A stretch of DNA of 64,000 bases, taken from a virus. Taxonomy: Duplodnaviria; Caudoviricetes. The position numbers and the translations under genes were made by a program. Below, in pieces: positions 9,825-19,287 of the stretch. The stretch covers positions 2,465-66,464 of IMG/VR virus record IMGVR_UViG_3300020048_000128, one strand, 5' to 3'. Each line of letters begins with the position of its first letter. Positions within the stretch are counted from its first letter, which is position 1. The notes under the pieces were generated by a model, which saw only the letters and a program-made list of their open reading frames with translations, was not told the origin of the DNA and did not search any database.

Positions 9825-10220
9825 ATGGCATATTCAGAAAAAGTTATCGATCACTACGAACATCCTAGAAACGTTGGCAGCTTTGCCAAAGACGATCCTG
9901 ATGTTGGCACAGGTATGGTTGGCGCACCCGCTTGTGGTGACGTAATGAAATTACAAATCAAAGTGGTTGATGGTATCATTACTGATGCACGTTTCAAGAC
10001 CTATGGCTGCGGAAGTGCAATTGCATCTAGCAGTCTAGTAACTGAAATGGTTAAGGGTATGACATTGGACCAAGCCAACTCCATTAAAAATAGTGAACTA
10101 GCCGATGAACTGGCGTTGCCGCCAGTTAAAATTCATTGCAGCATTCTAGCAGAGGATGCTATCAAGGCCGCGGTCGAAGACTATAAAAAACGTCATGAAA
10201 ATACAACACAGCCGAACTGA
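9825..10220 (+). CDS. iscU: Fe-S cluster scaffold IscU
   Basis: MAYSEKVIDHYEHPRNVG, GAPACGDVM, FKTYGCGSAIASSS, LPPVKIHCS. Confidence 0.97.
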   Translation: MAYSEKVIDHYEHPRNVGSFAKDDPDVGTGMVGAPACGDVMKLQIKVVDGIITDARFKTYGCGSAIASSSLVTEMVKGMTLDQANSIKNSELADELALPPVKIHCSILAEDAIKAAVEDYKKRHENTTQPN

Positions 10221-10770
10221 GCATCTTGCACAGTATGCACGGCATCTAAAAAGTCTAAGCGATGAGGATCGTTATACCAGGTTTGGTTACGCAGCCAGCC
10301 CCGCAGCCATCGACGCTATGATCTTGAACATGTTGTATGATCAAGATCAGCATCACTTGTTTACCTATTATCAAGACGAGCATATTGTGGGCTTTGGCCA
10401 TCTAGCTCGAGAAAATACTGATTGGGAATTGGCTGTAAGTGTGCAGCATGAATATCAAGGCCGCGGCATAGCCAATGAATTAATGGATCATATGATTGCA
10501 TGGGGCAAGGTACACGGCGTACATTCGGTGTTCATGCATTGTATTTCTGACAACCAAAAAATACAGCATCTTGCTCGCAAGCATGGATTAAAGACCATGG
10601 AAAGATCAGGACATGAAATTACTGCACAGGTCAAGTTGCCAGATCCCACAGTGTTAGATTATACCACCAGTTTTATCAATGAGCAAAGAGAACTGGCCCA
10701 GGGTATTGCAAAATTACAAGGAGCCTGGATCAAAAACTGGGTATCACCAAACCATGATCACAGTAACTGA
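10195..10770 (+). CDS. GNAT acetyltransferase
   Basis: ELAVSVQHEYQGRGIA acetyl-CoA motif A; DRYTRFG N-terminus. Confidence 0.85.
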   Translation: MKIQHSRTEHLAQYARHLKSLSDEDRYTRFGYAASPAAIDAMILNMLYDQDQHHLFTYYQDEHIVGFGHLARENTDWELAVSVQHEYQGRGIANELMDHMIAWGKVHGVHSVFMHCISDNQKIQHLARKHGLKTMERSGHEITAQVKLPDPTVLDYTTSFINEQRELAQGIAKLQGAWIKNWVSPNHDHSN

Positions 10771-11077
10771 GGCAGCGGCCTGCAAAATAAAAACTGCGAT
10801 ATCCAAGCGCGGTCGAGGTTTGGGCATACAGATTGGCGTCAAAACTACAGGTTGCTCAGGGCTTGCTTATGTGTTAGAATATGTAGACAATCCGCACTTG
10901 CATTGTGTTCAGCATTACGACTCAAACGGAGTTAGAGTATTTGTTGATCCCAAGAACTTGCCGTATCTTGATGGTATGCTAGTGGACTACAAACGACAAG
11001 GTCTCAATGAAGGCTTTGAATTTATCAACAAAAACGAACGCGATCGATGTGGTTGCGGGGAAAGTTTTAGAGTTTAA
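10754..11077 (+). CDS. iscA: Fe-S assembly A-type carrier IscA
   Basis: MITVTEAA, GCSGLAY, C-terminal CGCGESF. Confidence 0.95.
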   Translation: MITVTEAAACKIKTAISKRGRGLGIQIGVKTTGCSGLAYVLEYVDNPHLHCVQHYDSNGVRVFVDPKNLPYLDGMLVDYKRQGLNEGFEFINKNERDRCGCGESFRV

Positions 11078-11787
11078 TGATTACACAACGATACAATTAT
11101 ACGCCGCTTAGCCGTGAAACAATTGACGGCAAGCGGCATTACTGCTTGCCCGACGGCAGCAAAGTACCTTCAGTTACCACAATCCTGGACAAAACAAAAT
11201 CTCAAGAATCCCGAGATGCACTGGCCAATTGGAGAAAGGCAGTGGGCGAAAAACGTGCTCAAGAGATCACAACTGAAGCTGCTAACCGTGGCACACGCAT
11301 GCACACCTATCTAGAGCAGTATGTGCTGACCGCAGAACTAAAACCCTTGCCTGGAAATCCTTTTGCTCATCCATCATGGTTTATGGCTGCAGAAGTTATC
11401 CTTAACGGATTGCAGAATGTGGACGAATTCTGGGGCACAGAAGTTCCGCTGTATTACTCGGGACTGTATGCAGGTACTACTGACTTGATTGGTACCTGGA
11501 AGGGCAAACCTGCAATCTTGGACTTTAAACAAAGCAACAAGGTCAAAAAGCGAGAGTATATTGGTGACTACTTTTTGCAACTGGCAGCTTATGCCGCAGC
11601 ACACAACGAAATGCACAGCACCACCATTAATACTGGTGTTATTTTGATGGCTGTGCAGCCCAAGCTACAAGCAGACGGCACATACAGCACCCCTGAATAC
11701 TTGGAATTTGTTGTAGAAGGTGACGAGTTTGCGCACTGGGCAGATGAGTGGATGAAACGAGTTGAGCTGTACTATCTCTCACGCTAA
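11077..11787 (+). CDS. PD-(D/E)xK exonuclease (lambda-exonuclease-like)
   Basis: PSVTTIL, GTRMH, AGTTDLI, LDFKQS, LQLAAY. Confidence 0.85.
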   Translation: MITQRYNYTPLSRETIDGKRHYCLPDGSKVPSVTTILDKTKSQESRDALANWRKAVGEKRAQEITTEAANRGTRMHTYLEQYVLTAELKPLPGNPFAHPSWFMAAEVILNGLQNVDEFWGTEVPLYYSGLYAGTTDLIGTWKGKPAILDFKQSNKVKKREYIGDYFLQLAAYAAAHNEMHSTTINTGVILMAVQPKLQADGTYSTPEYLEFVVEGDEFAHWADEWMKRVELYYLSR

Positions 11788-11817
11788 ATATGTGATACCC
11801 TGTAAGGATCACATACC

Positions 11818-13593
11818 GTGGCAATTGTACAAATTTCAAGAATAACCCAACGACAAGGTCTATTAGAAGACCTTCCGCAACCCTTAGCCGGAGCCGAACT
11901 TGGCTGGGCAGTTGATGCGCGCCGATTGTTTATCGGCAACGGAGAACTAACCAACGGAGCCCCTGTAATAGGCAATACAGAAGTTCTAACTGAATTCTCG
12001 GACATATTGTCATTTGCTACCAGCTATACATATCAAGGGCAAGCTGGGGGATACACTGTTCAGACTGGTGCCACAGCCAGTTCTCCAGTTACTCAAAGTC
12101 TACAAAAAAGATTAGATAGTTATGCGATAATCAGTGACTTTGGTCCAACTGGTGATGGTATTACTGATGTCACCGACGACATCAATAGAGCACTGTTCCA
12201 AATATATTGTCGCAGTGAAAGTACAACAACTCGTCGTAGTTTGTATCTTCCTGCCGGAACATACATAATCACTGACACTCTGCATATTCCTCCATATGCT
12301 ACCTTGTACGGCGACGGCGCAGATAGTACTATCATTTATTTCAAGATAGATGAGTGGACTAGTACTCAAGCCTATGCACAAAATGTGTTGGTATATGACG
12401 TCGCTACCGACGATTACTATCGCTCAAACTTTCCGGCGCCAATAGGCACCGGGATCCTCGACAATAACCCAGACGGTGATCCTTACTGGACCGCAGAGTT
12501 ACTGCCTAGTTACATAATAAGAACTGCAGACAGTTTGCAGCAAACTGGTGCCAATATTGGCACAAATAGTGCGTTGCCGCCGGGTAGTGTTTCTATAACA
12601 GGTATCAAGTTTCTTACAAACCAACTCAACAGTGGAGTTCTAATAGAGAATGCAGTTTCTTGTGTATTTGAATCTGTTGCACTAACCGGTCCTCAAACAG
12701 GTCTGGATCTAAGTACTGTCACCAATGACACTGGAGCAGTTCGCTGGGCCAGTACTGACAGTTTGATTGCAAGCGATGTGACCTGGAACAACTGTAGCTT
12801 TGATGGGTTTACGTTTGCATCTGACACTAATCAACAAATCGAAGGCGTTACATTTTCTAACAGCAAGTTCAACAACTTACACCAAGGCATCGCCCTGGGA
12901 GGCGTTACGGTTGTTGCTGGCGGCGCCACTGGCGTTCGTATAGTACAAAACACCTTTGACAATGTATATGCAGAAGGTATTGTTTTTAATAATGTTGCCT
13001 TAAATTGTACAGCTTATAATGTATTCTATGATGTAGGAAACCACTTTAATGGTGTTGCTAGTCCTGCAGAACCTATTATCGATATCAACGCCAACAACAA
13101 CATCAGTGTTGGTGATCGTTTTGCAAGAAACAATACCCAAAGCTTGCTATACCCTCGTATTGCATTGAACGATACTAACACAATGGCCATGAGTGAAAAT
13201 GTCCGTGGTGTAGTGTTCTATCAGCAAGGTGTTGAAGATAATACTGTTGGTAACAGCCTAGACCTTGGTACATATCAGCGCATCTCTGGTGTTGCCGACG
13301 TTCTCAACGATAATATTACTGGTAACTTGTTTGTGACTGCTAATTCATTAGTAAGTTCATTCAAAATGGATTACACTATTCAACGCCTGACTCTTCGTAG
13401 AACTGGAACGCTCACTGTAGTATGCCCTAGTGTTTCGGGTGGGTTTAGTTACACTGACGATTTTTCTCAGAATGGAGACACTGGCATTACTTTAACTCCA
13501 ACTAACAACTCAACCGAAATCTTAGTTGCATACACCGCAACATCAACCGGCAACGGCGGCACAATCAAATACAGTATTACTAATCTAGGGTAA
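11818..13593 (+). CDS. Virion structural protein with pectate-lyase-like beta-helix
   Basis: GTG start after TAAATA (11785-11790); DFGPTGDGITD, LYLPAGTY, LYGDGADST beta-helix entry motifs. Confidence 0.75.
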   Translation: MAIVQISRITQRQGLLEDLPQPLAGAELGWAVDARRLFIGNGELTNGAPVIGNTEVLTEFSDILSFATSYTYQGQAGGYTVQTGATASSPVTQSLQKRLDSYAIISDFGPTGDGITDVTDDINRALFQIYCRSESTTTRRSLYLPAGTYIITDTLHIPPYATLYGDGADSTIIYFKIDEWTSTQAYAQNVLVYDVATDDYYRSNFPAPIGTGILDNNPDGDPYWTAELLPSYIIRTADSLQQTGANIGTNSALPPGSVSITGIKFLTNQLNSGVLIENAVSCVFESVALTGPQTGLDLSTVTNDTGAVRWASTDSLIASDVTWNNCSFDGFTFASDTNQQIEGVTFSNSKFNNLHQGIALGGVTVVAGGATGVRIVQNTFDNVYAEGIVFNNVALNCTAYNVFYDVGNHFNGVASPAEPIIDINANNNISVGDRFARNNTQSLLYPRIALNDTNTMAMSENVRGVVFYQQGVEDNTVGNSLDLGTYQRISGVADVLNDNITGNLFVTANSLVSSFKMDYTIQRLTLRRTGTLTVVCPSVSGGFSYTDDFSQNGDTGITLTPTNNSTEILVAYTATSTGNGGTIKYSITNLG

Positions 13594-14015
13594 TGTGGCA
13601 AAAAACTTTTTCTGACCGCTTGGCAGCGTGGGCTGCCTTGCGACAATCCTGCGCCACTGTGGATCAGGCAATCGCTCTTGATCAAATCAATTCATGGTGG
13701 CAACAAACTCCGTGGCGAGCATACCATTTGCACTGGGACGACCGGCCAACTTGGCCCGATCCATGGCAGCTATTGGATGACAACCTGTATTGTAGTCTTG
13801 CAAGAGCGCTGGGAATCATGTATACTATAGCTATGTTAGACCGTACGGACTGTCAAGATGTAGTCCTGGCCGAGGTCGACGGCGACAATTTAGTCCTGGT
13901 CGACAATGGGAAATATATATTGAATTGGAATGGTGGCAAACCAGTAAATATCAACCCAGGTACAAGATTTAGACACCAGATCAGTTTGCAAGAACTAAAA
14001 AAACAAATTCAATAA
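13593..14015 (+). CDS. Hypothetical protein, possible transglutaminase-like/papain fold
   Basis: WPDPWQLL...YCSLARALG. Confidence 0.55.
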   Translation: MWQKTFSDRLAAWAALRQSCATVDQAIALDQINSWWQQTPWRAYHLHWDDRPTWPDPWQLLDDNLYCSLARALGIMYTIAMLDRTDCQDVVLAEVDGDNLVLVDNGKYILNWNGGKPVNINPGTRFRHQISLQELKKQIQ

Positions 14016-14022
14016 GGATAAA

Positions 14023-16338
14023 ATGAAACCCATCACAGTTGTAAAACGCGACGGAAGCCGTGAGCCGTTGTCACTAGAAAAATGGCAGACGCAAATTGCC
14101 AAAGTCTGCTCAGGTATTGCAGATGTAAGTCAAAGCATGGTAGAGATCAAGGCTCAGTTGCACTTTTATGATGGTATTACCACTAAAGAAGTAGATGGTA
14201 TTACACTACGAGCCATTGTGGACTTGATTGATGTGGAATCTAATCCTGATGTGGGGCACACTAATTATCAGTACGTGGCCGGCAAGCAACGTCTAAGCAT
14301 GCTGCGAAAAGATGTTTATGGCGATTACAATCCGCCGCCGCTGTATGAAATTGTTAAGACCAATGTGGCCACAGGATTGTACACACCCGAGCTGTTGGAG
14401 TGGTATACCGAAGAAGACTGGAACCGCATGGACGACATGTTGGAGCATGACAAGGATGAGGGCTACAGCTATGCAGCCATCGAGCAACTAATTGAAAAGT
14501 ATCTGGTTAAAAATCGTAGTACAGGACAAACATATGAAACTCCGCAAGTGCGGTACATGGTGGCAGCAGCTACAGTGTTCCACAAAGAGGAACCCAACAG
14601 TGCTCGTATGCGGTATATCAAAGAGTATTATAACGCGGCCAGTGATGGTCTCTTTACTCTTGCCACTCCTGTCCTTGCTGGTCTTGGTACTCCTACCAAA
14701 CAATTTTCTAGCTGTGTGCTTATCCGCAGTGATGATGACCTTGACAGTATATTTGCTTCAGGCGAGATGATGGCCAAGTATGCCAGCAAACGTGCTGGCA
14801 TTGGTCTTGAGATTGGTCGTGTGCGATCGCTAGGCAGTCCTATTCGAGGCGGCGAAATCCAACACACAGGCATGATCCCATTCCTGAAGAAGTGGTTTGG
14901 TGACCTGCGTTCATGCTCACAAGGAGGCATTCGTAATGCTAGTGCAACTGTGTTTTATCCCATCTGGCATTATCAGTTCGATGATCTTATTGTGCTCAAG
15001 AACAATCAAGGAACCGAAGAAACCCGTGTCCGACACATGGACTATGGGGTGGTGCTTAGTGCTTTTTTCTGGCGTAGATTTAAACACAAAGAAAATATCA
15101 CGTTCTTTGACCCTAACGAAGTGCCGGATCTATACGAAGCCTTCTATCGAGATACTGCTCGCTTTGAAGAGCTATATGTCGCATACGAAAAACGTCGAGA
15201 TCTAAGAAAGAAAGTGATGTCTGCTGAGGAAGTGTTCAAAGGCGGCATCTTGAAAGAACGTACCGACACCGGCCGTATCTATCTTGTGTTCATCGATAAC
15301 GTAATGAATCAAGGTCCGTTTGATCCTGAGTATCATACCATTTATCAAAGCAACCTTTGCTGTGAAATCCTTTTACCTACTAAGTCTTTTAAACGTCTTG
15401 ATGATCCCGATGGTCGTATCGCTTTATGTACACTTGGTAGCATCAACTGGGGAGCTTTCCGCAACCCAGAAGACATGCGTAGGGCTTGCCGTATCCTTCA
15501 CCGCAGCCTTAACAATATTCTTGATTACCAAGATTTTCTTTCTATCCAGTCCAAGTTAAGCAATGATGAAATTCGCCCACTAGGCATTGGTATCACTAAC
15601 CTTGCTTACTGGCACGCCAAGCGCGGCCTCCGCTACGGTGAGAAAGACTCACTACGTGAAGTCAAGACCTGGATGGAGCATCAAGCATTCTATCTCACAG
15701 AGATGAGTGTCGAACTGGCCAAGGAACGCGGCGCTTGTCTAGGTAGTGATCAAACACGCTACGGCAAAGGTGTGTTCCCGTGGGAACTGCGAGCCAAAGG
15801 GGTGAATGAATTAACGGACTTTAAGCCAGAATTGAACTGGGACGGTCTTCGTGCGCAGATGCGAGCATACGGTGTTCGTAATGCAACCAGTATGGCCATT
15901 GCACCAGTTGAGTCCAGCTCAGTAGTGATCAACTCAACCAACGGTATCGAAATGCCCATGAGTTTGATCAGTGTAAAAGAAAGCAAGGCAGGTAGTTTAA
16001 CACAAGTAGTGCCCGAATATCACAAGTTGAAAAACAAGTATCAGCTGATGTGGGCACAAAAGGACTGCGATGGTTACTTGAAGACTGCTGCTGTGTTGGC
16101 AGCATATGTTGACCAATCAATTAGTACTAACACATTCTACAACCCTGCGCATTTTGCAGACCGCAAAGTGCCAACTACCTTGATTGCCAAGAACTTGATG
16201 CAGGCACACTACTGGGGCTTGAAGACTTTTTACTACAGCTTGATCAACAAACAAGGCAGTAAACAAGTGGAAGATGCCGCACCACTTGAAGCCATTGATT
16301 TTGATGATGAGGCCGACTGCGAAAGTTGTAAACTGTAA
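14023..16338 (+). CDS. nrdA: Ribonucleotide reductase class Ia alpha subunit
   Basis: N-terminal ATP cone (VVKRDG), FSSCVL, SNLCCEI, APVESSS, KTFYY, C-terminal CESC; uninterrupted. Confidence 0.97.
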   Translation: MKPITVVKRDGSREPLSLEKWQTQIAKVCSGIADVSQSMVEIKAQLHFYDGITTKEVDGITLRAIVDLIDVESNPDVGHTNYQYVAGKQRLSMLRKDVYGDYNPPPLYEIVKTNVATGLYTPELLEWYTEEDWNRMDDMLEHDKDEGYSYAAIEQLIEKYLVKNRSTGQTYETPQVRYMVAAATVFHKEEPNSARMRYIKEYYNAASDGLFTLATPVLAGLGTPTKQFSSCVLIRSDDDLDSIFASGEMMAKYASKRAGIGLEIGRVRSLGSPIRGGEIQHTGMIPFLKKWFGDLRSCSQGGIRNASATVFYPIWHYQFDDLIVLKNNQGTEETRVRHMDYGVVLSAFFWRRFKHKENITFFDPNEVPDLYEAFYRDTARFEELYVAYEKRRDLRKKVMSAEEVFKGGILKERTDTGRIYLVFIDNVMNQGPFDPEYHTIYQSNLCCEILLPTKSFKRLDDPDGRIALCTLGSINWGAFRNPEDMRRACRILHRSLNNILDYQDFLSIQSKLSNDEIRPLGIGITNLAYWHAKRGLRYGEKDSLREVKTWMEHQAFYLTEMSVELAKERGACLGSDQTRYGKGVFPWELRAKGVNELTDFKPELNWDGLRAQMRAYGVRNATSMAIAPVESSSVVINSTNGIEMPMSLISVKESKAGSLTQVVPEYHKLKNKYQLMWAQKDCDGYLKTAAVLAAYVDQSISTNTFYNPAHFADRKVPTTLIAKNLMQAHYWGLKTFYYSLINKQGSKQVEDAAPLEAIDFDDEADCESCKL

Positions 16339-16958
16339 TGCTAGAAACTATTTGCGATATTATGATAGACGCTTACAAGCGTAACTGGATTACAAGTCGT
16401 GATGGCAATGTAAGCATTCGTCATCACGACCGTGATCACTTTTATATTACACCAAGCGGTGTGCGTAAGCAGACTCTACAGCCTGATCAGTTTAAGAAGA
16501 TTAGCATTCACGGATTGTTGTGGCAAGAAGAGCACTACTCAGACATTAGTGCAAATCTAAAGCCCAGTGGAGAGATTCCATTACACTTTGGTTTACAAAG
16601 AGCAATGGGACAGCATGCAGGCGATGTCAGAGTAGTGGTGCATGTACATCCTACTTATTGTATTGCGGCCATGCATGCTGGTATTGATTTGAGTACGATT
16701 AGTGATGCGTTTCCAGAACTCAATAGATATACTAAAGTAGCACCCAATGTAGGAGATGTGCCTCCGATTAGCCAAGAGCTTGCAGATCAGTGTCATAAGA
16801 TGTTACAATTAGATGACTACGGAAATATTGCCTACGATATTGTAGGCATCAAAGGTCATGGCGTAGTAGCAATTGATACCAGTCCGTGGCGTGCATACGA
16901 GCATATTGAACGATTAGAACATATTTGCAAGATAGTACTTGCATCGGGAAATTATTAA
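16338..16958 (+). CDS. Class II aldolase/adducin family protein
   Basis: SRDGNVS, ITPSG, PSGEIPLH, HVHP, GHG metal-binding pattern. Confidence 0.88.
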   Translation: MLETICDIMIDAYKRNWITSRDGNVSIRHHDRDHFYITPSGVRKQTLQPDQFKKISIHGLLWQEEHYSDISANLKPSGEIPLHFGLQRAMGQHAGDVRVVVHVHPTYCIAAMHAGIDLSTISDAFPELNRYTKVAPNVGDVPPISQELADQCHKMLQLDDYGNIAYDIVGIKGHGVVAIDTSPWRAYEHIERLEHICKIVLASGNY

Positions 16959-16959
16959 A

Positions 16960-18060
16960 ATGTCAAAACAACAATACAACCTATCAACCAAAACTGACTA
17001 TTTGAATCGCAAGATGTTTTTAGACCCAGCCGGTCCAGTCACTATACAGAGATTTGAAGAAGTCAAGTACAACAAGCTGGCCAAGTTTGAACAAGAAGCT
17101 CGAGGCTTTTTCTGGGTGCCTGAAGAAATTAGTCTGACCAAAGACAGCCAAGACTTCAAAGATGCCAGCGACACCGTCAAACACATCTTTACATCAAACT
17201 TGTTGCGCCAAACAGCTCTTGACAGTTTACAAGGACGTGGCCCTAGCCAGATCTTTACGCCTGTGTGTTCGATCCCAGAACTAGAAGCCTTGATGTACAA
17301 CTGGAGTTTCTTTGAAACCAACATTCATAGTCGCAGCTACAGTCACATCATTCGCAACATCTACAACGTGCCCAAGGATGTGTTTAATACCATCCATGAC
17401 ACACAAGAGATTGTTGACATGGCCAGCTCAGTAGGCAACTACTATGACAAGTTGCATGTGATCAACTGCCGCAAGGAAGTTGGCGAAGTGGTCACCGAAG
17501 ATGAGCATATTGATGCAATTTGGTTAGCACTTAATGCCAGTTACGCATTAGAGGCATTCCGCTTCATGGTTAGTTTTGCCACAAGTTTGGCCATGGTAGA
17601 GAATCGTATCTTTATCGGCAATGGCAACATTATCCAACTAATCCTGCAAGACGAAATTGGCCACAAGGACTGGACTGCCTGGATCATCAATCAAGTGGTC
17701 AAAGAAGATCCGCGCTTTGCTACTGCTAAAGCTCGCTGCGAAGCCGAAGTGTATCGTATGTACTTGGAAGTTATTCGTGAAGAAAAGGATTGGGCTAAGT
17801 ATCTGTTCAAGCACGGCCCGGTGATTGGTTTGAATGCCAACATCTTGATTGACTTTGTAGATTATACTGCTGCTGGCTCTCTAAAAGAGATTGGGATCAA
17901 GTATCTTGAGCCTGTACCACGTAGTACACCAATTCCTTGGTTCAACAAGCATGTGGATACCAGCAAGAAACAGTCGGCCTTACAGGAAACAGAGTCAACG
18001 AATTATGTAATTGGGGTGATGAGCGATGCCCTGGACTACGACGAATTACCAAACTTATGA
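16960..18060 (+). CDS. nrdB: Ribonucleotide reductase class Ia beta subunit
   Basis: FFWVPEEI, ETNIHSRSY, EAFRF, DEIGH di-iron ligands. Confidence 0.96.
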   Translation: MSKQQYNLSTKTDYLNRKMFLDPAGPVTIQRFEEVKYNKLAKFEQEARGFFWVPEEISLTKDSQDFKDASDTVKHIFTSNLLRQTALDSLQGRGPSQIFTPVCSIPELEALMYNWSFFETNIHSRSYSHIIRNIYNVPKDVFNTIHDTQEIVDMASSVGNYYDKLHVINCRKEVGEVVTEDEHIDAIWLALNASYALEAFRFMVSFATSLAMVENRIFIGNGNIIQLILQDEIGHKDWTAWIINQVVKEDPRFATAKARCEAEVYRMYLEVIREEKDWAKYLFKHGPVIGLNANILIDFVDYTAAGSLKEIGIKYLEPVPRSTPIPWFNKHVDTSKKQSALQETESTNYVIGVMSDALDYDELPNL

Positions 18061-18467
18061 TCAATGATGAATGGTTTAACCAAGGTGGATTTTCCACCTT
18101 CAAACACCCCACACCAATCAGTTACGAGACTGCAACTGATAATGGTACTGTACAAACACTTGAAGGTCCTGTGGACTACACAGTGGGCCACAAGATTATT
18201 ACTGGCCCCAAAGGCGAGCGGTATCCTGTGAGTCCTATCAAGTTTGCTGCTTATTATGACGACAACGGTGATGGTACAGCTACACCTAAAAAGATCATGA
18301 AGACTGCAAAGCTTGCCGATCATGACGGTGTTGTTCGAGCTAGTTGGGGTAACTTAGAATACAGCAAAGGCAAAGACTATATTGTCAAACATGGGCCCGG
18401 AGACTATGGTGTTGTTAAAATTGATATCTTTGCCAAAACATACAACATACCACAGCAAGGAAAATAA
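18057..18467 (+). CDS. PGDYG-like protein
   Basis: TLEG, GPKGERYPV, GPGDYGVV. Confidence 0.6.
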   Translation: MINDEWFNQGGFSTFKHPTPISYETATDNGTVQTLEGPVDYTVGHKIITGPKGERYPVSPIKFAAYYDDNGDGTATPKKIMKTAKLADHDGVVRASWGNLEYSKGKDYIVKHGPGDYGVVKIDIFAKTYNIPQQGK

Positions 18468-18468
18468 T

Positions 18469-18690
18469 ATGAAAGCAATTATATGGTCGAAAGATCAATG
18501 TCCATTCTGTGTTCAAGCCAAAGCCGTGCTAGAAAGCCGTGGCATTGAATACGAAGAACGAAATGTGTCCAAGGACTGGACTCGAGAACAACTATTTGAA
18601 GCTGTACCAACGGCTCGCACATTACCACAAATCTTCTTGGATGGGGAATACGTGGGCGGATTTACAGAACTTAGAAAGAAACTAACATAA
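18469..18690 (+). CDS. grx: Glutaredoxin
   Basis: CPFC, TLPQIF, YVGGF. Confidence 0.93.
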   Translation: MKAIIWSKDQCPFCVQAKAVLESRGIEYEERNVSKDWTREQLFEAVPTARTLPQIFLDGEYVGGFTELRKKLT

Positions 18691-19001
18691 TGGATACTAT
18701 CATTGTCGAGACCGGTAAGGTCTACACATTCAAATTGAACTCGGGTGAGGAACTTATTGCCAAAGTCAAAACTGCACCAATGTATGGTCACATTGAAATT
18801 GACACACCTGTTAGTGTAGCACCTGGACCACAAGGTCTTGGTCTTGTGCCCAGCATGTTTACCGCAGATGCTGACGAAACAGTGCGACTAAATATCAACA
18901 GCATCTCAATATATGCATTGACTGATGACAGTGTCAAGATGAAGTACATCGAAGCCACTACTGGTATTCGAGTGCCTGATAAAAAATTAATCCTAGGATA
19001 A
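18690..19001 (+). CDS. Hypothetical Sm-like phage protein
   Basis: FKLNSGEELIAK motif; coupled ORF. Confidence 0.6.
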   Translation: MDTIIVETGKVYTFKLNSGEELIAKVKTAPMYGHIEIDTPVSVAPGPQGLGLVPSMFTADADETVRLNINSISIYALTDDSVKMKYIEATTGIRVPDKKLILG

Positions 19002-19002
19002 A

Positions 19003-19287
19003 ATGCCCAACGTACAGAGACAAGGTGACGCTAACGCAGCAGGTGGAATAGCCACGCAAGGTGTTACCTCTGTACGAGTAAATGGTCGTCCTATCATGGT
19101 AAACGCAAAGTCAGTGACCCCGCATCCCTGTTGCGGAAAACAAGGCTGCGAGAAACATTGTAATGCAAAAACAGCCGGCGGCACTAATATTGTTCGTATA
19201 CAAGGTATACCATTGGTATATACTGGTTGCAAAGACACATGTGGCCACGCAAGAGTGGGCGGTAGCCCCGATACCCGAGTACTATAA
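19003..19287 (+). CDS. PAAR-like spike tip protein
   Basis: RQGD, VRVNGRP, H/C metal ligands (HPCC...HC), CGH...GSPD. Confidence 0.85.
   Translation: MPNVQRQGDANAAGGIATQGVTSVRVNGRPIMVNAKSVTPHPCCGKQGCEKHCNAKTAGGTNIVRIQGIPLVYTGCKDTCGHARVGGSPDTRVL

Noticed and set aside
11077-11787. Cas4
   Set aside because: It lacks the four Fe-S cysteines of Cas4 and any CRISPR context; a generic phage PD-(D/E)xK exonuclease fits better.
14023-18060. Intron/intein in nrdA or nrdB
   Set aside because: Both ORFs are continuous and of normal length; the intervening gene is an aldolase, not a homing endonuclease.
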